64,000 nt of DNA from Owenia fusiformis (taxonomy: Eukaryota): assembly GCA_903813345.2 (NCBI GenBank), contig CAIIXF020000001.1, forward strand, positions 47,058,001-47,122,000, in the 5' to 3' direction. Each line of letters starts with the position of its first letter. Positions within the stretch are counted from its first letter, which is position 1. Of the stretch, positions 1 through 11,659 are shown piece after piece. The notes beneath the pieces are model-generated. The model was not told the origin of the DNA, searched no databases, and saw only the letters and a program-made list of their open reading frames with translations. Both the position numbers and the translations under genes were made by a program.

Positions 1-3000
1 GACCTGGAAACTCTTCAAGTCGGGGGTGGATGCCTTGATGTCGTTTCACAAGAACCTCAAATCAAATTTCCACGTCTGTGACAAGAGAACGGGTAAGGTG
101 TGATTAAACTGTTTGAAAAACGATGTGTCCTAAGTATAGCAGAGCGCCAACCCTCATATAGTAAAAAGCGGGATGTAGTGTTTTGGGTCTGATATTCTAA
201 ATATGTCATTATCAGATCATGCATGTTGTCTGTAAGATTATGCACAACCTCATTATAAATTCGGTAAAAACTTTGGGCTAAGTAATTTTCAAGATCAAAT
301 CGTATACGTGCATATCCAAACGCTAGACCCATCTTAAAAACGAGTTTTTCTTTTAAAGGTGAAGTCTTGCCATTGAAATTCGTATCCGAACCATTTGTCC
401 ACTTTCACGTTATCAACTCATACGAAGAAAGTGGACATTTAATCATTGACTTGTGTGGGGCTGGTGATTCATCAGGATTCGACACTCTGTATCTGGCCTA
501 TCTTAAAGGAATTGTAAGTAAACGTAACTTTTCAACTTTACGATTATATCTTCTACCTATATGTAGATATGGGTAACACATTATAGCAATAGTCTGTTCA
601 GCTGATATATTGAGATTTGTAAAAGAATCCAGAACGCAATTATGTAATGCCCGTGCATCTAAACCTTACAATAAGGTTTACATCGGGTGTCCCCAAAATT
701 GAATCGCTTTTTGACAAGTGTTTTCTCAGCAATTGATTACTCAAATTCATTGAAAATTTCTATAGGCCTTATTGTATCATTAATAAGTCGAAACAATATG
801 AAAGAGATCAGTTACATATTATGTGAGAATTGACAAATTCAAAATTGCATGTCAAAAAATCCAATATCAATAGAAAAGCCACTTATTTCTGAAAGAAGCT
901 GTTTTTGGGTTGTGTGACATGCATTTTTGAATTTTCTCTTTCATATTCGTAAAACTTGCTAATGATACCATAGGGCTACTTCATAGAAATTTTCAATTTT
1001 GAATGATCAATTGCTGAGAAAACACCTGTCAAAAAAGCGATTCATTATTTTGGGACACCCGATATAGACAAGTCAATGGGCACCCACAAGCCCCCATAGT
1101 CCAAAGCTTATATTTTCAGGCTTCCAATTGGTTTATGCATGGGCTTAAAGTTATCGCATACATCTGAGATTTTCAAAGACGTCTTTCACTGCGGCATTAA
1201 CCGCGTTTGTTAGACTTTTGGTATAATATGATGTCAATTCATGTAAACGTTCATTCAATGTATTTGTAAAGTTTTTTGATCATGATGTATTGCAGAAAGT
1301 GGACGATGAAGAAAGCTACAAAAACAGTAAGCTGTCCAAAGCCCAACGATCTTGGCCCATACGATTCGTCATACCTCTTGATGTAACGAAGGAAAGTCCA
1401 AAGAATACGAACTTGATCACTTTGGCAGGAACAACAGGTAACCGGTGATATTATGTCGAAATTAGGAAAACAAATATATATTTCCAAGAACGAAATCTAC
1501 TGCACTCTTTAAAATAATGACGACCTCTTGATATTCGAAAAATATTTTATTCCGTTTAATGGAATTTGTATGATTTCCAGCCACTGCAATGTTAAAGAAA
1601 GACGGAAGTGTGTACCTTACCTGTGAATCCCTTATTCCCGAGGACCTCCGAAGCAAGACATGCGGAATGGACTTTCCACAAATAAACTATAACTTTTACA
1701 ATGGAAAACCGTACCGTTATTGCTACTTCACTGGGTTTCCAGAATTTGTTATCCCGCCTGATAAATTGATCAAGCTCGATGTTAAAACAAAAACTACACA
1801 GGTAAATGTAAAATGTCCTGACTGTTGTTGTCTTATGATAGAACATCATGTTTGCTTCCATTTCAAATCAGAAGACATTTTGTATAATACACGTCGCACG
1901 AAACTGGGGACAATTAGCGTAACATTATGGCGTCAAAAAACCAAGACAAAACAATTAGCAGCATAGGGCGCAAACAGCCTTACAACGTCAAAAACGACAA
2001 GCGTCACATTTTTGTCAAGTTTAGTCAACCTAAAAATAAAATACTTTATCCTTATCTAATCATGACAAAATTCACAGGGTAGCAAGATCTCGAGGACAAT
2101 ATTTCTGAAATGTTTTTGAATTTTGGAAAACGGTCAAGAAATCGACTTGGGGCGTTGGTAAAAATTGATATGTATGGAATTTGTGGTAGAAAATCGATGC
2201 GTCACATTTTTTTCAAGTCTCGAAAACCAGCTCTTATTTTAATATTATTTGCAAAATAAACAAACTGGTTATTGTTTTGTAAATTTCGCCATGACAATAT
2301 TGTGCAGTTAATTTTTCTTTCAAATCAGACTTGAATTAGAAGGTTAAATGAAGGTAAACTTATTGCTCGTCCCATTCGCCTTCAAAACCAATTTTGACAC
2401 AATTTTGAAAATTTTAAAAGCGTTCATATATGATAATTTGAACTGTAGCCGTTAAGGAATTGTGACGGCATAAATGAACATGTTCCATTGAATAAATTGT
2501 GAAATTTTAGTGGGATTTTGATCATTATTTCAAAAGTTATCCCAATTTCAATGAGCCCTGTAAGTGTAAAGTGTTACGTCTTACAGCGTATTTGACGATT
2601 TGGGGATATGTTTAACTTTAAAAATATGTTGGATCCCATCAAAATTTTGAAGAAAAAATAATTTCACTGAAATGCGAATAAAAAATACTTCAAAATGATA
2701 TATAAAACACATAGCTAGCTTTTTAAATAAGGCAGAGATTAACGCTCAAAGCTGAAATCAGCCCGTATTTCCCGAATTGTCCCCAGGTCCGTGCACGTCA
2801 TAATAAAGCTATCCTCTCAAAAGACATTTTATATAAAGCTATCCTCTCTTCATGAGATGGAACTTAAAATGTAATTTAACGTTTTTTCGTGTAACGTAGA
2901 ACTACAGGGCGTTATAATGAATAACAACCCTTTGACTACAATCGTTATCTCACCACCATTCAATGGTGTTAACAAGAAGTTATTTATTTGAAAAAAGAAA

Positions 3001-3609
3001 GATGTAGGCCTATTTATTAGTTTCTGATACCTGATCCTAATCCTGTAGTCAATGTTTTATGTCAATTTTGGTCTCCTCCCATCTTGTTTGATTTTTAAAG
3101 TTTGCAAAATACTTTGTAGATTTGGCAAGAAGATGAGTGCTATCCATCTGAGCCTATGTTTGTTCCTGCCCCTGATGCTACAAGAGAGGATGAAGGTATG
3201 AAATAAGCATAAGGGAATGAAGAAGTTCATTTGTTGTAATCTAATTTTGGTGAACGCACGCAAAATGATATAATAAGTAATTAGCAATAACTATACGTAA
3301 CTATGCATGTAAACCAAAGTTCTTATGATATCGAAAATCATTAAAAACACTGTTTTGAGTGATATTTTTTGTACACGTCTGCAAATTCTTGATTTTACCA
3401 TTGTCTAACCTTCATCCTAGGTCTAATTCATTCTCTTCATAAGATTGCTATCATTACTTTTCACAGGAGTTGTGTTGTCAGTTGTCATCAGCCCAAACAA
3501 AGACAAGCCAACGTTTGTCTTAGTGTTAGACGGAGAAAGTTTTAAGGAAGTTGGAAGAGCGTCAATCCCATGTGATATCCCTCTAGGAGTGCACGGAACT
3601 TTCATTTAA
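1..3609 (+). CDS. Carotenoid cleavage oxygenase (BCO/RPE65 family), copy 1, 3' part. Exons <1-92, 359-513, 1296-1437, 1581-1801, 3120-3195, 3467-3609
   Basis: GT-AG exons join in frame. Motifs FHVINSYEE (Fe-ligand His), [16 protein letters not shown] and terminal HGTF* are present. Near-identical to exons 5-10 of the complete copy at 36662-43255. Confidence 0.93.
681..1064. mobile_element. Tc1/mariner-type MITE in a BCO intron, shared by both blocks
   Basis: TA-flanked long inverted repeats (CATCGGGTGTCCCCAAAA...TTTTGGGACACCCGATA). An internally deleted counterpart lies at 41415-41690. Confidence 0.75.
1890..2799. mobile_element. Non-autonomous DNA transposon with ~25-bp TIRs, present only in copy 1
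   Basis: Ends are CACGTCGCACGAAACTGGGGACAATT and AATTGTCCCCAGGTCCGTGCACGTC, flanked by ATAATA on both sides. Absent from the equivalent intron near 42350-42470. Confidence 0.7.
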
Positions 3610-4901
3610 CCATTGTTCGTCATCAGTCAGATGAGCACGCAAAGGACGATGCTAAGCTGGCAATGATTGTACATTAATTTAGCTTGAAATGACGATTTCC
3701 GATTTATATGATGATCATGACATATCGATAAGACGATATACAGTATTAACTAACAGAGCTAGATTTTCAGGTATAACTCAATCATATTTATAAAGTTGAA
3801 TATCAAAGATAACCGAAATATAATTGAGTTTGCAAAACCGAGTTGGTCTTTGGAGCCCGGGGTTACGTAATCCCTTGATAACAAATCACATGTATGCATA
3901 GTATATTCATTGAGCCTAGACAACAAGAAGAGGTATCTGGCAGAGGTCCGTGATCTAATCATCAAATATAGATACGGAGGTCGTTTTGAGTGATATCATT
4001 TTTATCGACGAGTAATTGATGCCAAATATCAACACGAGTGAGCGAGGCAAACGAATATTGATATTGGATATTATATTTACGAGAAACTTGGAATGCAAAA
4101 CCATTTTATTCCAAGCTGAAAATAATCTGATAGCTGATAATCAGGTATATCCCATGATCAAAATTTGACCAAAAATTAAAAACAAATTCACTTATTATAC
4201 AACTGTGTGGGTGATTAACGATATGACCCGTATATGGGGCTGATAAACGATTTTCTGGAAAGTATCCTAGACGAATCGCCATAATATCAGAAAAACACTG
4301 GCTGTTGTTCAACACAATAATCATCGGCCGGACAAATGAAGGTATTATGACATCACAAAAAAGAACATTTCATTGTCTTCGATGTTCATTTGATTTCAAA
4401 AGTTATAAAAGTAATAGTTTTGGTCTCGTTACTACAGCAAACATTTTAAGTCTGCCAAACAAGGACAAATATAAAGAATTATGAAACTGCTCTTTATGCA
4501 ACAAATAACTGCCAAACGATAGGCCCTGGCCTACTATAAGTTGAATTATGGAATTGGTTGAATTTCGTTTTCAGCGTTTATGGGTATTTTAGAAGCAATC
4601 GAAGAAGATGGCTCTCATCCTAGAATGCGCAGACGGCCTAGGTTCTGTGTGTCTGACACGGCACTGGACTACTCATGTGCAGGAAACAATGGCCTCAACG
4701 GATGCCACGAAGATCGCCCAACAAGAAATAAAATAAGGCGACTCCATGGCCCAAAGTATATCCCCTTAGCTGACTACCTTTCCAAAAACGAGGTAACGTC
4801 AGAACACGATGAAACTGCATTGATGGATGACAAACACCCAAGTGATTTTTCAGTGATTAGAATGGGCTTTGAACAGCAGTACTCAAAGATTCCAGAATAC
4901 T

Positions 4902-7900
4902 TTTTTTTTTTTTTTATTTATCATGTTTTATTTAATACAATAATATATGTAAAAAGAAAATTTCCAAAAAGGCGACTTTGTTTAACATTATAAGTCGCAG
5001 GGTTAATTATAAAATTTTATTTCAAAAAACAATCCAATTGGTGAAGCAAATTGGTGAATAAATTAAGCATAGAAGGTTTGATAATTGCTGCTAACACTCA
5101 GACACTTACACACTTCTGGAGAAAAGAGGCACTAGTTTCAAGAACAGTTATGTTTGTAGCGTAGTTAAGTTTTGAGCTGCCAAAAAGAAAGAAATTCAAT
5201 TTCTCTTGTTGGGTCTTAAAATTCTTTTTATATTGGATTTCAAGGTTATTTAGTTTAATTTCGAAGTCAGTTAGGAGGGTCCTACGGAGTCTGCAGTTAA
5301 AGATGACATGCTTGGATGTTTCACTTTTGAATCCACACTTACATTTTGGTGTATCAGCTAGAGTAAAGTTGTGGGCATGAAAATGAGATTGAAAAATCAA
5401 GTCGACTCTAGTCCTATTAAGACTGATTTCCTCTGGTCTAGGTAAATGCAATGAGGTAGATGATATGATAGGTTCTGGATAAATGAGAAGTGTCAATTTA
5501 GATTTGAAAGTACTTAAATTGTCTATCTCTTGGAGTTGTTGGGGTAGTTTGTTCCATTCTGAGATAGCAGTAAAAATGCATGTTTTCTTTAATATCACAG
5601 ATCTTTTAGCGGGCAAGACAAATTCAGTTGGATTTCTCAAATAGAGAGGAGGTTGTTGTCTCTTATATTTATCAAATATGTTTTGAACATATGAAGGAAC
5701 TTTCTGATTTTGGACATTGAACATGAGGGTTAGTCGATGAAACTTCCTCCTCATCTCTAGTTTAGGCCAATTTAGAATATTGAGCACCTTTTCAGAAGAT
5801 GACCCATGAATAGTTCCACTACAAATCAGAGCTGCCTTGTAGTAGAGTTGGTCAATGCGTTTTAATTTGGAAATATCTGCACATCCATAGAGGATGTCGC
5901 AGAAATCAAAATGTGGTAAGATAAAAGATTTGAACATAAGATTTAGATGGTTTCCATTAAGTTTTTTACTTAATGCTTTAAGTGGATTTAAAAGCTTATC
6001 AATTTTCTTTGCAAGATGAGTAATGTGGAAATTGAAAGATAATTTAGAGTCAAGGATAAAGCCAAGGTGTTTATGCGAAGCACACCTAGGTATGGATTCA
6101 GTTCCCAATTTTAGGTCAGGGGTTATTATTTCATTCTTTTTTGGACTACTAAATGTCAGATCATCACTTTTAGAGGGTTTGAATTTTAATTGCCATTTAT
6201 CAGACCAATTGTTTATAGAATTTAGATCAGATTGGAGGGTGTTTATACATTCAGGCATATTATCATGGCTGAAGGGCTGATAAAGAGAAGTGTCATCTGC
6301 ATACAGAAAACACTTGCTTAAAATATCATCAGGTAAATCGTTTATGTAAACTAAGAATAGCAGAGGTCCTAAGATGGACCCCTGGGGAACTCCCGAATTG
6401 ATATAGTCGCTGGCTGACCATGGAGATTCGTGACCGTCAATAAGCACTCTTACTTTTCGATTGGTAAGATAAGATTCAATAAGTAGCATTATATTTGGAC
6501 CAAAACCGTATGCATGTAGCTTCTTAAGTAATAGCTTATGGGGTAAAGTATCGAAGGCGGCCGATATATCAAGAAAGACTGCACGAACATCATTACCATT
6601 ATCCATATTAGAAGTTAAAAAATCAAGAATACTTAGTAGTTGGTGTTGTGTACTGTGACCTGGGAGAAATCCACTTTGAAAATTAAATAGAAGATTGTTT
6701 GTTAGCAAATGGTCAAACATCCTTTTAAAAATAACTCTCTCGGCTACCTTTGAAAGGCAGCTTAATAGAGTTATTGGACGGTAATTAGAAACAAGATTTT
6801 TGTCACTTTTTTTATGGCATGGGATAATATTCCCTAGTTTCCATGAATTAGGAAATTTTCTCATTTCAAACATCTTATTGAGAAATTTTGAAAATAATTT
6901 TGATAAAGATGGAGCTGCTAACTTGAGCATTTTATTACTTAGCTTGTCAGGACCTAAAGCTTTGCTAACATCGAGTGATAAAAGAATTTCATAAATCTCT
7001 CTGTCATTTGTTGAAAGGATATTTAAAAAAGAATCAGTTCTAAGGTCAAATTGAACACTGTCTGTATCTACGTTATGATCAGAATGAAAATTTTTGATGA
7101 AATGGTCAAGAAATAAATTAGCCTTTTCTGTGCTGGTGAGTATAGAAGAGCCGTTTTGGTTGGTCAAAATAGGAATCCTAACAACTTTAGTTTTGAATAA
7201 AAGTTTAGATATGACCGACCAGTAAGACTTGCTGCCATATTTAAGGGAGTTTAATTTCTCATACATGTGTGATTCATACTCAAGTTTGGCCTTTGTTATT
7301 TCCTCGTTAACAATATCACACTGGTCAATGTACTTTTGATAGCGTTCTTGATTGTTGTTGTGGCGGTATTTGAAATGTAGACGATTCCGTTTATTAATTA
7401 GTGTTTTAATGTGAGGCTTGAACCATGGTTTATCATTGCTCCGAACCTTTATAAGTTTATTTGGAATGGTATTAGTAAATATTTGGTAGAGTTGGTTAGT
7501 AAATTGATCACATAACATGTCCATATCATATGAATTTTCAATAAGTTGATCAAGTCAGTTTGAATTTCTAATTGAGTCGTTGATATTTTGAACATCAGCC
7601 TCGGAATATGACCAAATTCTACGGAAATATGGCAGTTCCTTTACTGTACCAATAAATGAGGTACAGACTAAAGTGCTGTGGTCAGTATTTCCGATTGGAG
7701 GTGTAACATTTGAAGAGGATATAAGATTTGGTTGATTAGTAATAAGAAGATCAATGCAGGATTGGCTTCTATTTGTGACACGAGTTGGTTGGTCAATTAA
7801 CTGCGAAAAACCCAGACTTTGGAGATGGTTATTAAGCTCATTTCCAGAAAGGTTTTCATTGTCAGCATCCCACCAAATTTTGTTACGAGCATTAAAATCC

Positions 7901-9194
7901 CCATTAATGACAAGCAGGTCAACATTGGCATTAGTCAAAATGTTGGAGCAGGTATCATAAAATCTTTTAAAATATGCTTTAGACTGTTGAGTATCTTGGG
8001 AAGGGGAACGGTAAAAAACTCCATATATAATGCTCTTGTGGTGGAGCTTAAGTTCAATAAATAAGGCATCTCCCTCAGCATTAACAAAATCATGTCGAGC
8101 TATAATAGGGATTTCTTCAGATATATAGATAAGTAAGCCACGATTTTTAGCCGAGTAAATTGGAGGATGGAAATTAGGAATGGAAAAGCGATTGGTAATT
8201 TCATCTTGGGTAAAGGTTCCGACTTCACAGAGACCTACAACTTGGCAATCTTCTGTTAAGATACGTGTTTTAAGAGCATCAAACCGAGCGCCAAATTGAG
8301 CACTGATGCTATTTATGTTGGAGAACAAAAATTTTACAGTTGACCAGTTATGAGGTCCAGGATGTGATTCTATGTCGCCACTTAAAATAAGTAAGGATTC
8401 AATGGTGTTGGGTATATAGCAAAGTTGAGGAGTAAAAACAATGATAAGAAGCACAAATGAAGTGATAACATATATCATATTACGCAAACTATATGAAGTT
8501 GCACTACATGCAACTTGGACATAATTGATAATACTTAAGACTAGGAAGCCCATAATATTTATATAAACAATAAACACAGTTATGAGTACTAAGGAAATCA
8601 TATGCGGTGAGAGATTAAGCAATAAACCATTGACCGTTGTAAGGAGCAATAGTAATCCAGTCAATAGTTGAAAGAGTACTTGAAGCATTTGGCATTTACT
8701 AGGTTTGGGAGAGTCAAGTAATTTATTTGTACTGCAGATACTACTGAATAGACCAATGGCTCTACGCCAAGATTGAGTATCTATGCCCATTGCCTTATTA
8801 AGCAGTTAGCATAAGAGAAATATACATTTAAAAAAAAAAATCAGGTTGAGGTATGGAAAGCTAAGATGAGAACATACGCTACATTCTTCTATGTAAGTTT
8901 CATGAGGAAGAGGTAAACAAAGTGTGTAAGTGCCAAAGTGAATGAACCTTTATTAAGACTATGACAAGTTTTTAACCTGTTAAATAATAGATGGCAACTA
9001 AGTTGCTATCTTGCAAGTGGTTCAGAGTCTGGCAGCAATAAAATAAGAAAGGACCAGTGTGTTTCACCAAGGAGGATTATTGGCTTGGTTTGCAAGGGAA
9101 AAACCTTTGTGAATGGGTCACAAAGTTTGTAAGTTGGTTCAACAAACAAAAGGAACTGGTGTGAAAACAAATTAAGGTTTTCAGGATCACACTG
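4902..9194 (-). mobile_element. Non-LTR retrotransposon (CR1/L2-like; APE endonuclease + RT + C-terminal CCHC)
   Basis: Poly(A) tail is seen as T15 at 4901-4915, with AATAAA (tttatt 4927-4932). APE motifs: GDFNA, DQPTR, SCIDL, TDH. RT motifs: FLDISAAFD, GVPQGSILGPLLFLVYIND, YADD. Zinc knuckle CKCG..E...H...C. Intact copies of the host gene define the boundaries; no TSD is visible. Confidence 0.95.
5098..8790 (-). pseudogene. LINE ORF2 (~1230 codons) with one in-frame TGA at 7555-7557
   Basis: ORFs 7555..8790 and 5098..7524 are in the same frame and separated only by ...IRNSN*LDQLIENSYD. Confidence 0.88.
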
Positions 9195-9869
9195 TGATGC
9201 AGCTGGGTTATGAAGATGTCAAAGATCTCTACAAACCCAACTTCAAGAAAGATAGACGAGTTTGGCTTCATAAATCATCCTCTAAAAAACAATTAAACAC
9301 TATGAGTATGCCCAATGACCACATGCAAAACGAACCACAAGTGCAAGACATTGGCGTTCAATTAGCAAAGAAAGATTCACGTAAATGGCTTCGAAAAATC
9401 ATCAGATAACAAGAAGGGTGCTATTGATGAACGTAATGATTTTCGATCCCATGACACGTTTCGAAATCATAGTAGCCCCCCAAATAGAACTGTTTTCGAT
9501 GTGGGTAATAGTAGCCCGAGTAAAAGCGTTACACTGATCAGCTCTTCCGCAAGTCTGTATTTGAATTCTTCTTTTGAAAATTTGTATGTTGACACTGACG
9601 AGGATGTAACGGCTTCCAAAAGTAATGATTCGGTCAGGTGTCTTCCCGATCTCGACAATGATTGGTGCATCGTGTAAGAAAAGACAGCCACGAGATGCAT
9701 TTGATCTGATCAAGAGCAATGGAGTACTAGTAATTGGGTAATTAAAAAAATGACAATTATGTGAGTTTCATTCCACATTTCATGGAATGACTCAAATGTA
9801 ATGCGTTATTGCTCGTTTAGTAAAATAAATGACCAAGCAATTTTATAAGAATTTTTGTAAGGTTTCATT

Positions 9870-11567
9870 TTGAGCCTAGAAAACAAGAAGAGGTATCTGG
9901 CAGAGGTCCGTGATCTGATCATCAATATAGACAGTGATAGATAAGTCCTACGGATGTCGTTTTGAGTGATATAGTTTTTATCGACGAGTAATTGATGCCA
10001 AATATCAACACGAGTGAGCAAGGCAAACGAATATTGATATTTGATATTATATTTACGAGAAACTTGGAATGCAAAACCATTTTATTCCAAGCTGAAAATA
10101 ATCTGATAGCTGATAATCAGGTATATCCCATGATCAAAATTTGACCAAAAATTAAAAACAAATTCACTTATTATACAACTGTGCGGGTGATTAACGATAT
10201 GACCCGTATATGGGACTGATAAACGATTTTCTGGAAAACATCCTAGACCATAATATCAGATAACACAATAATCATCGGCCAGACAAATTATGATATCAGT
10301 GTATTATGACATCACAAAAAAAGAACATTTGATTGTCTTCGATGTTCATTTGATTTCAAAAGTTATCAAATTGAAGTCAAAGAACAGAGCAATAATCGCC
10401 TCTCCCTTCAATTAAATAAAGTGGTAAGTAATAGTTTTGGTCTCGTTATTAAAGCAAAAATTTTAAGTCTGCCAAACAAGGAGAAATATAAAGAATTATG
10501 AAACTGCTCTTTATGCAACAAATAACTGCCAAAAGATAGGCCTACTATAAGTTGCATTATGGACTTGGTTGAATTTCGTTTTCAGCGTTTATGGGTATTT
10601 TAGAAGCAATCGAAGAAGATGGCTCTCATCCTAGAATGCGCAGACGGCCTAGGTTCTGTGTGTCTGACACGGCACTGGACTACTCGTGTGCAGGAAACAA
10701 TGGCCTCAACGGATACCACGAAGATCGCCCAACAAGAAATAAAATAAGGCGACTTCATGGCCCAAAATATATCCCCTTAGCTGACTACCTTTCCAAAAAC
10801 GAGGTAATGTCAGAACACGATGAAACTGCATTGATGGATGACAGACACCCAAGTGATTTTTCAGTGATTAGAATGGGCTTTGAACAGCAGTACTCCAAGA
10901 TTCCAGAATACTTGAAGCAGCTGGGTTATGAAGATGCCAAAGATCTCTACAAACCCAACTTCAAGAAAGATAGACGAGTTTGGCTTCATAAATCATCCTC
11001 TAAAAAACAATTAAACAGTATGAGTATGCCCAATGACCACATGCAAAACGAACCACAAGTGCAAGACATTGGCGTTCAATTAGCAAAGAAAGATTCACGT
11101 AAATGGCTTCATAAATCATCAGATAACAAGAAGGGAGCTATTGATGAACCTAATGATTTTCGATCCCATGACACGTTTCGAAATCATAGTAGCCCCCCAA
11201 ATAGAACTGTTCGCAATGTGGGTAATAGTAGCCCGAGTAAAAGCGTTACACTGATCAGCTCTTCTGCAAGTCTGTATTTGAATTCTTCTTTTGAAAATTT
11301 GTATGTTGACACTGACGAGGATGTAACGGCTTCCAAAAGTAATGATTCGGTCAGGTGTCTTCCCGATCTCGACAATGATTGGTGCATCGTGTAAGAAAAG
11401 ACAGACACGACATGCATTTGATCTGATCAAGAGCAATGGAGTTATTGGGTAATTAAAAAAATGACAATTATGTGAGTTTCATGACTCAAATGTAATGCGT
11501 TATTGTTCGTTTAGCAAAATAAATGACCAAGCAATTTCATTAGAATTTTTGTAAGGTTTCATTTTGA
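9870..11567 (+). repeat. 1.7-kb local tandem duplicate of 3910-9873 (without the LINE)
   Basis: Sequence from 9870 restarts the sequence at 3910. The junction shares TTGA (3910-3913, 9870-9873, 11564-11567). The segment is single-copy in block 2. Confidence 0.9.
10591..11394 (+). CDS. Orphan 267-aa hydrophilic, probably disordered protein, copy B (intact). Preceded by a splice acceptor, so upstream exon(s) are likely
   Basis: ORF is intact here and at 44370-45173. TTTCGTTTTCAG acceptor sits 5 nt before the ATG, and AATAAA follows at ~11518. Confidence 0.7.
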   Translation: MGILEAIEEDGSHPRMRRRPRFCVSDTALDYSCAGNNGLNGYHEDRPTRNKIRRLHGPKYIPLADYLSKNEVMSEHDETALMDDRHPSDFSVIRMGFEQQYSKIPEYLKQLGYEDAKDLYKPNFKKDRRVWLHKSSSKKQLNSMSMPNDHMQNEPQVQDIGVQLAKKDSRKWLHKSSDNKKGAIDEPNDFRSHDTFRNHSSPPNRTVRNVGNSSPSKSVTLISSSASLYLNSSFENLYVDTDEDVTASKSNDSVRCLPDLDNDWCIV

Positions 11568-11659
11568 TTTTAAAACATTCATATTTTGCTTGAAGACGAT
11601 ATCTAATGACCTTTTTGAGAACAATTTTTTAAGATTACACGATTATGAATAGTCTATAG

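Larger units (their letters stand above)
4580..9677 (+). pseudogene. Disrupted copy A of the 267-aa orphan gene
   Basis: Matches 10591-11394 up to ...KIPEY (4900) and resumes at 9195 after the LINE. A further +1 frameshift lies at ~9393 (CTTCGAAAAATC vs CTTCATAAATC). Confidence 0.88.

Noticed and set aside
5098..8790. Separate ORF1 and ORF2 in the LINE
   Set aside because: Both ORFs are in one frame and the 411-aa part holds the APE domain, so this is a single ORF2 with a premature stop.
11380..11394. C-terminal CaaX prenylation signal in the 267-aa protein
   Set aside because: The Cys is third from the end (WCIV*), not fourth.
11119..11436. Antisense ORFs repeated at 9402-9719, 11119-11436 and 44943-45233
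   Set aside because: They are shadows of the duplicated sense ORF, and their frames differ between copies.
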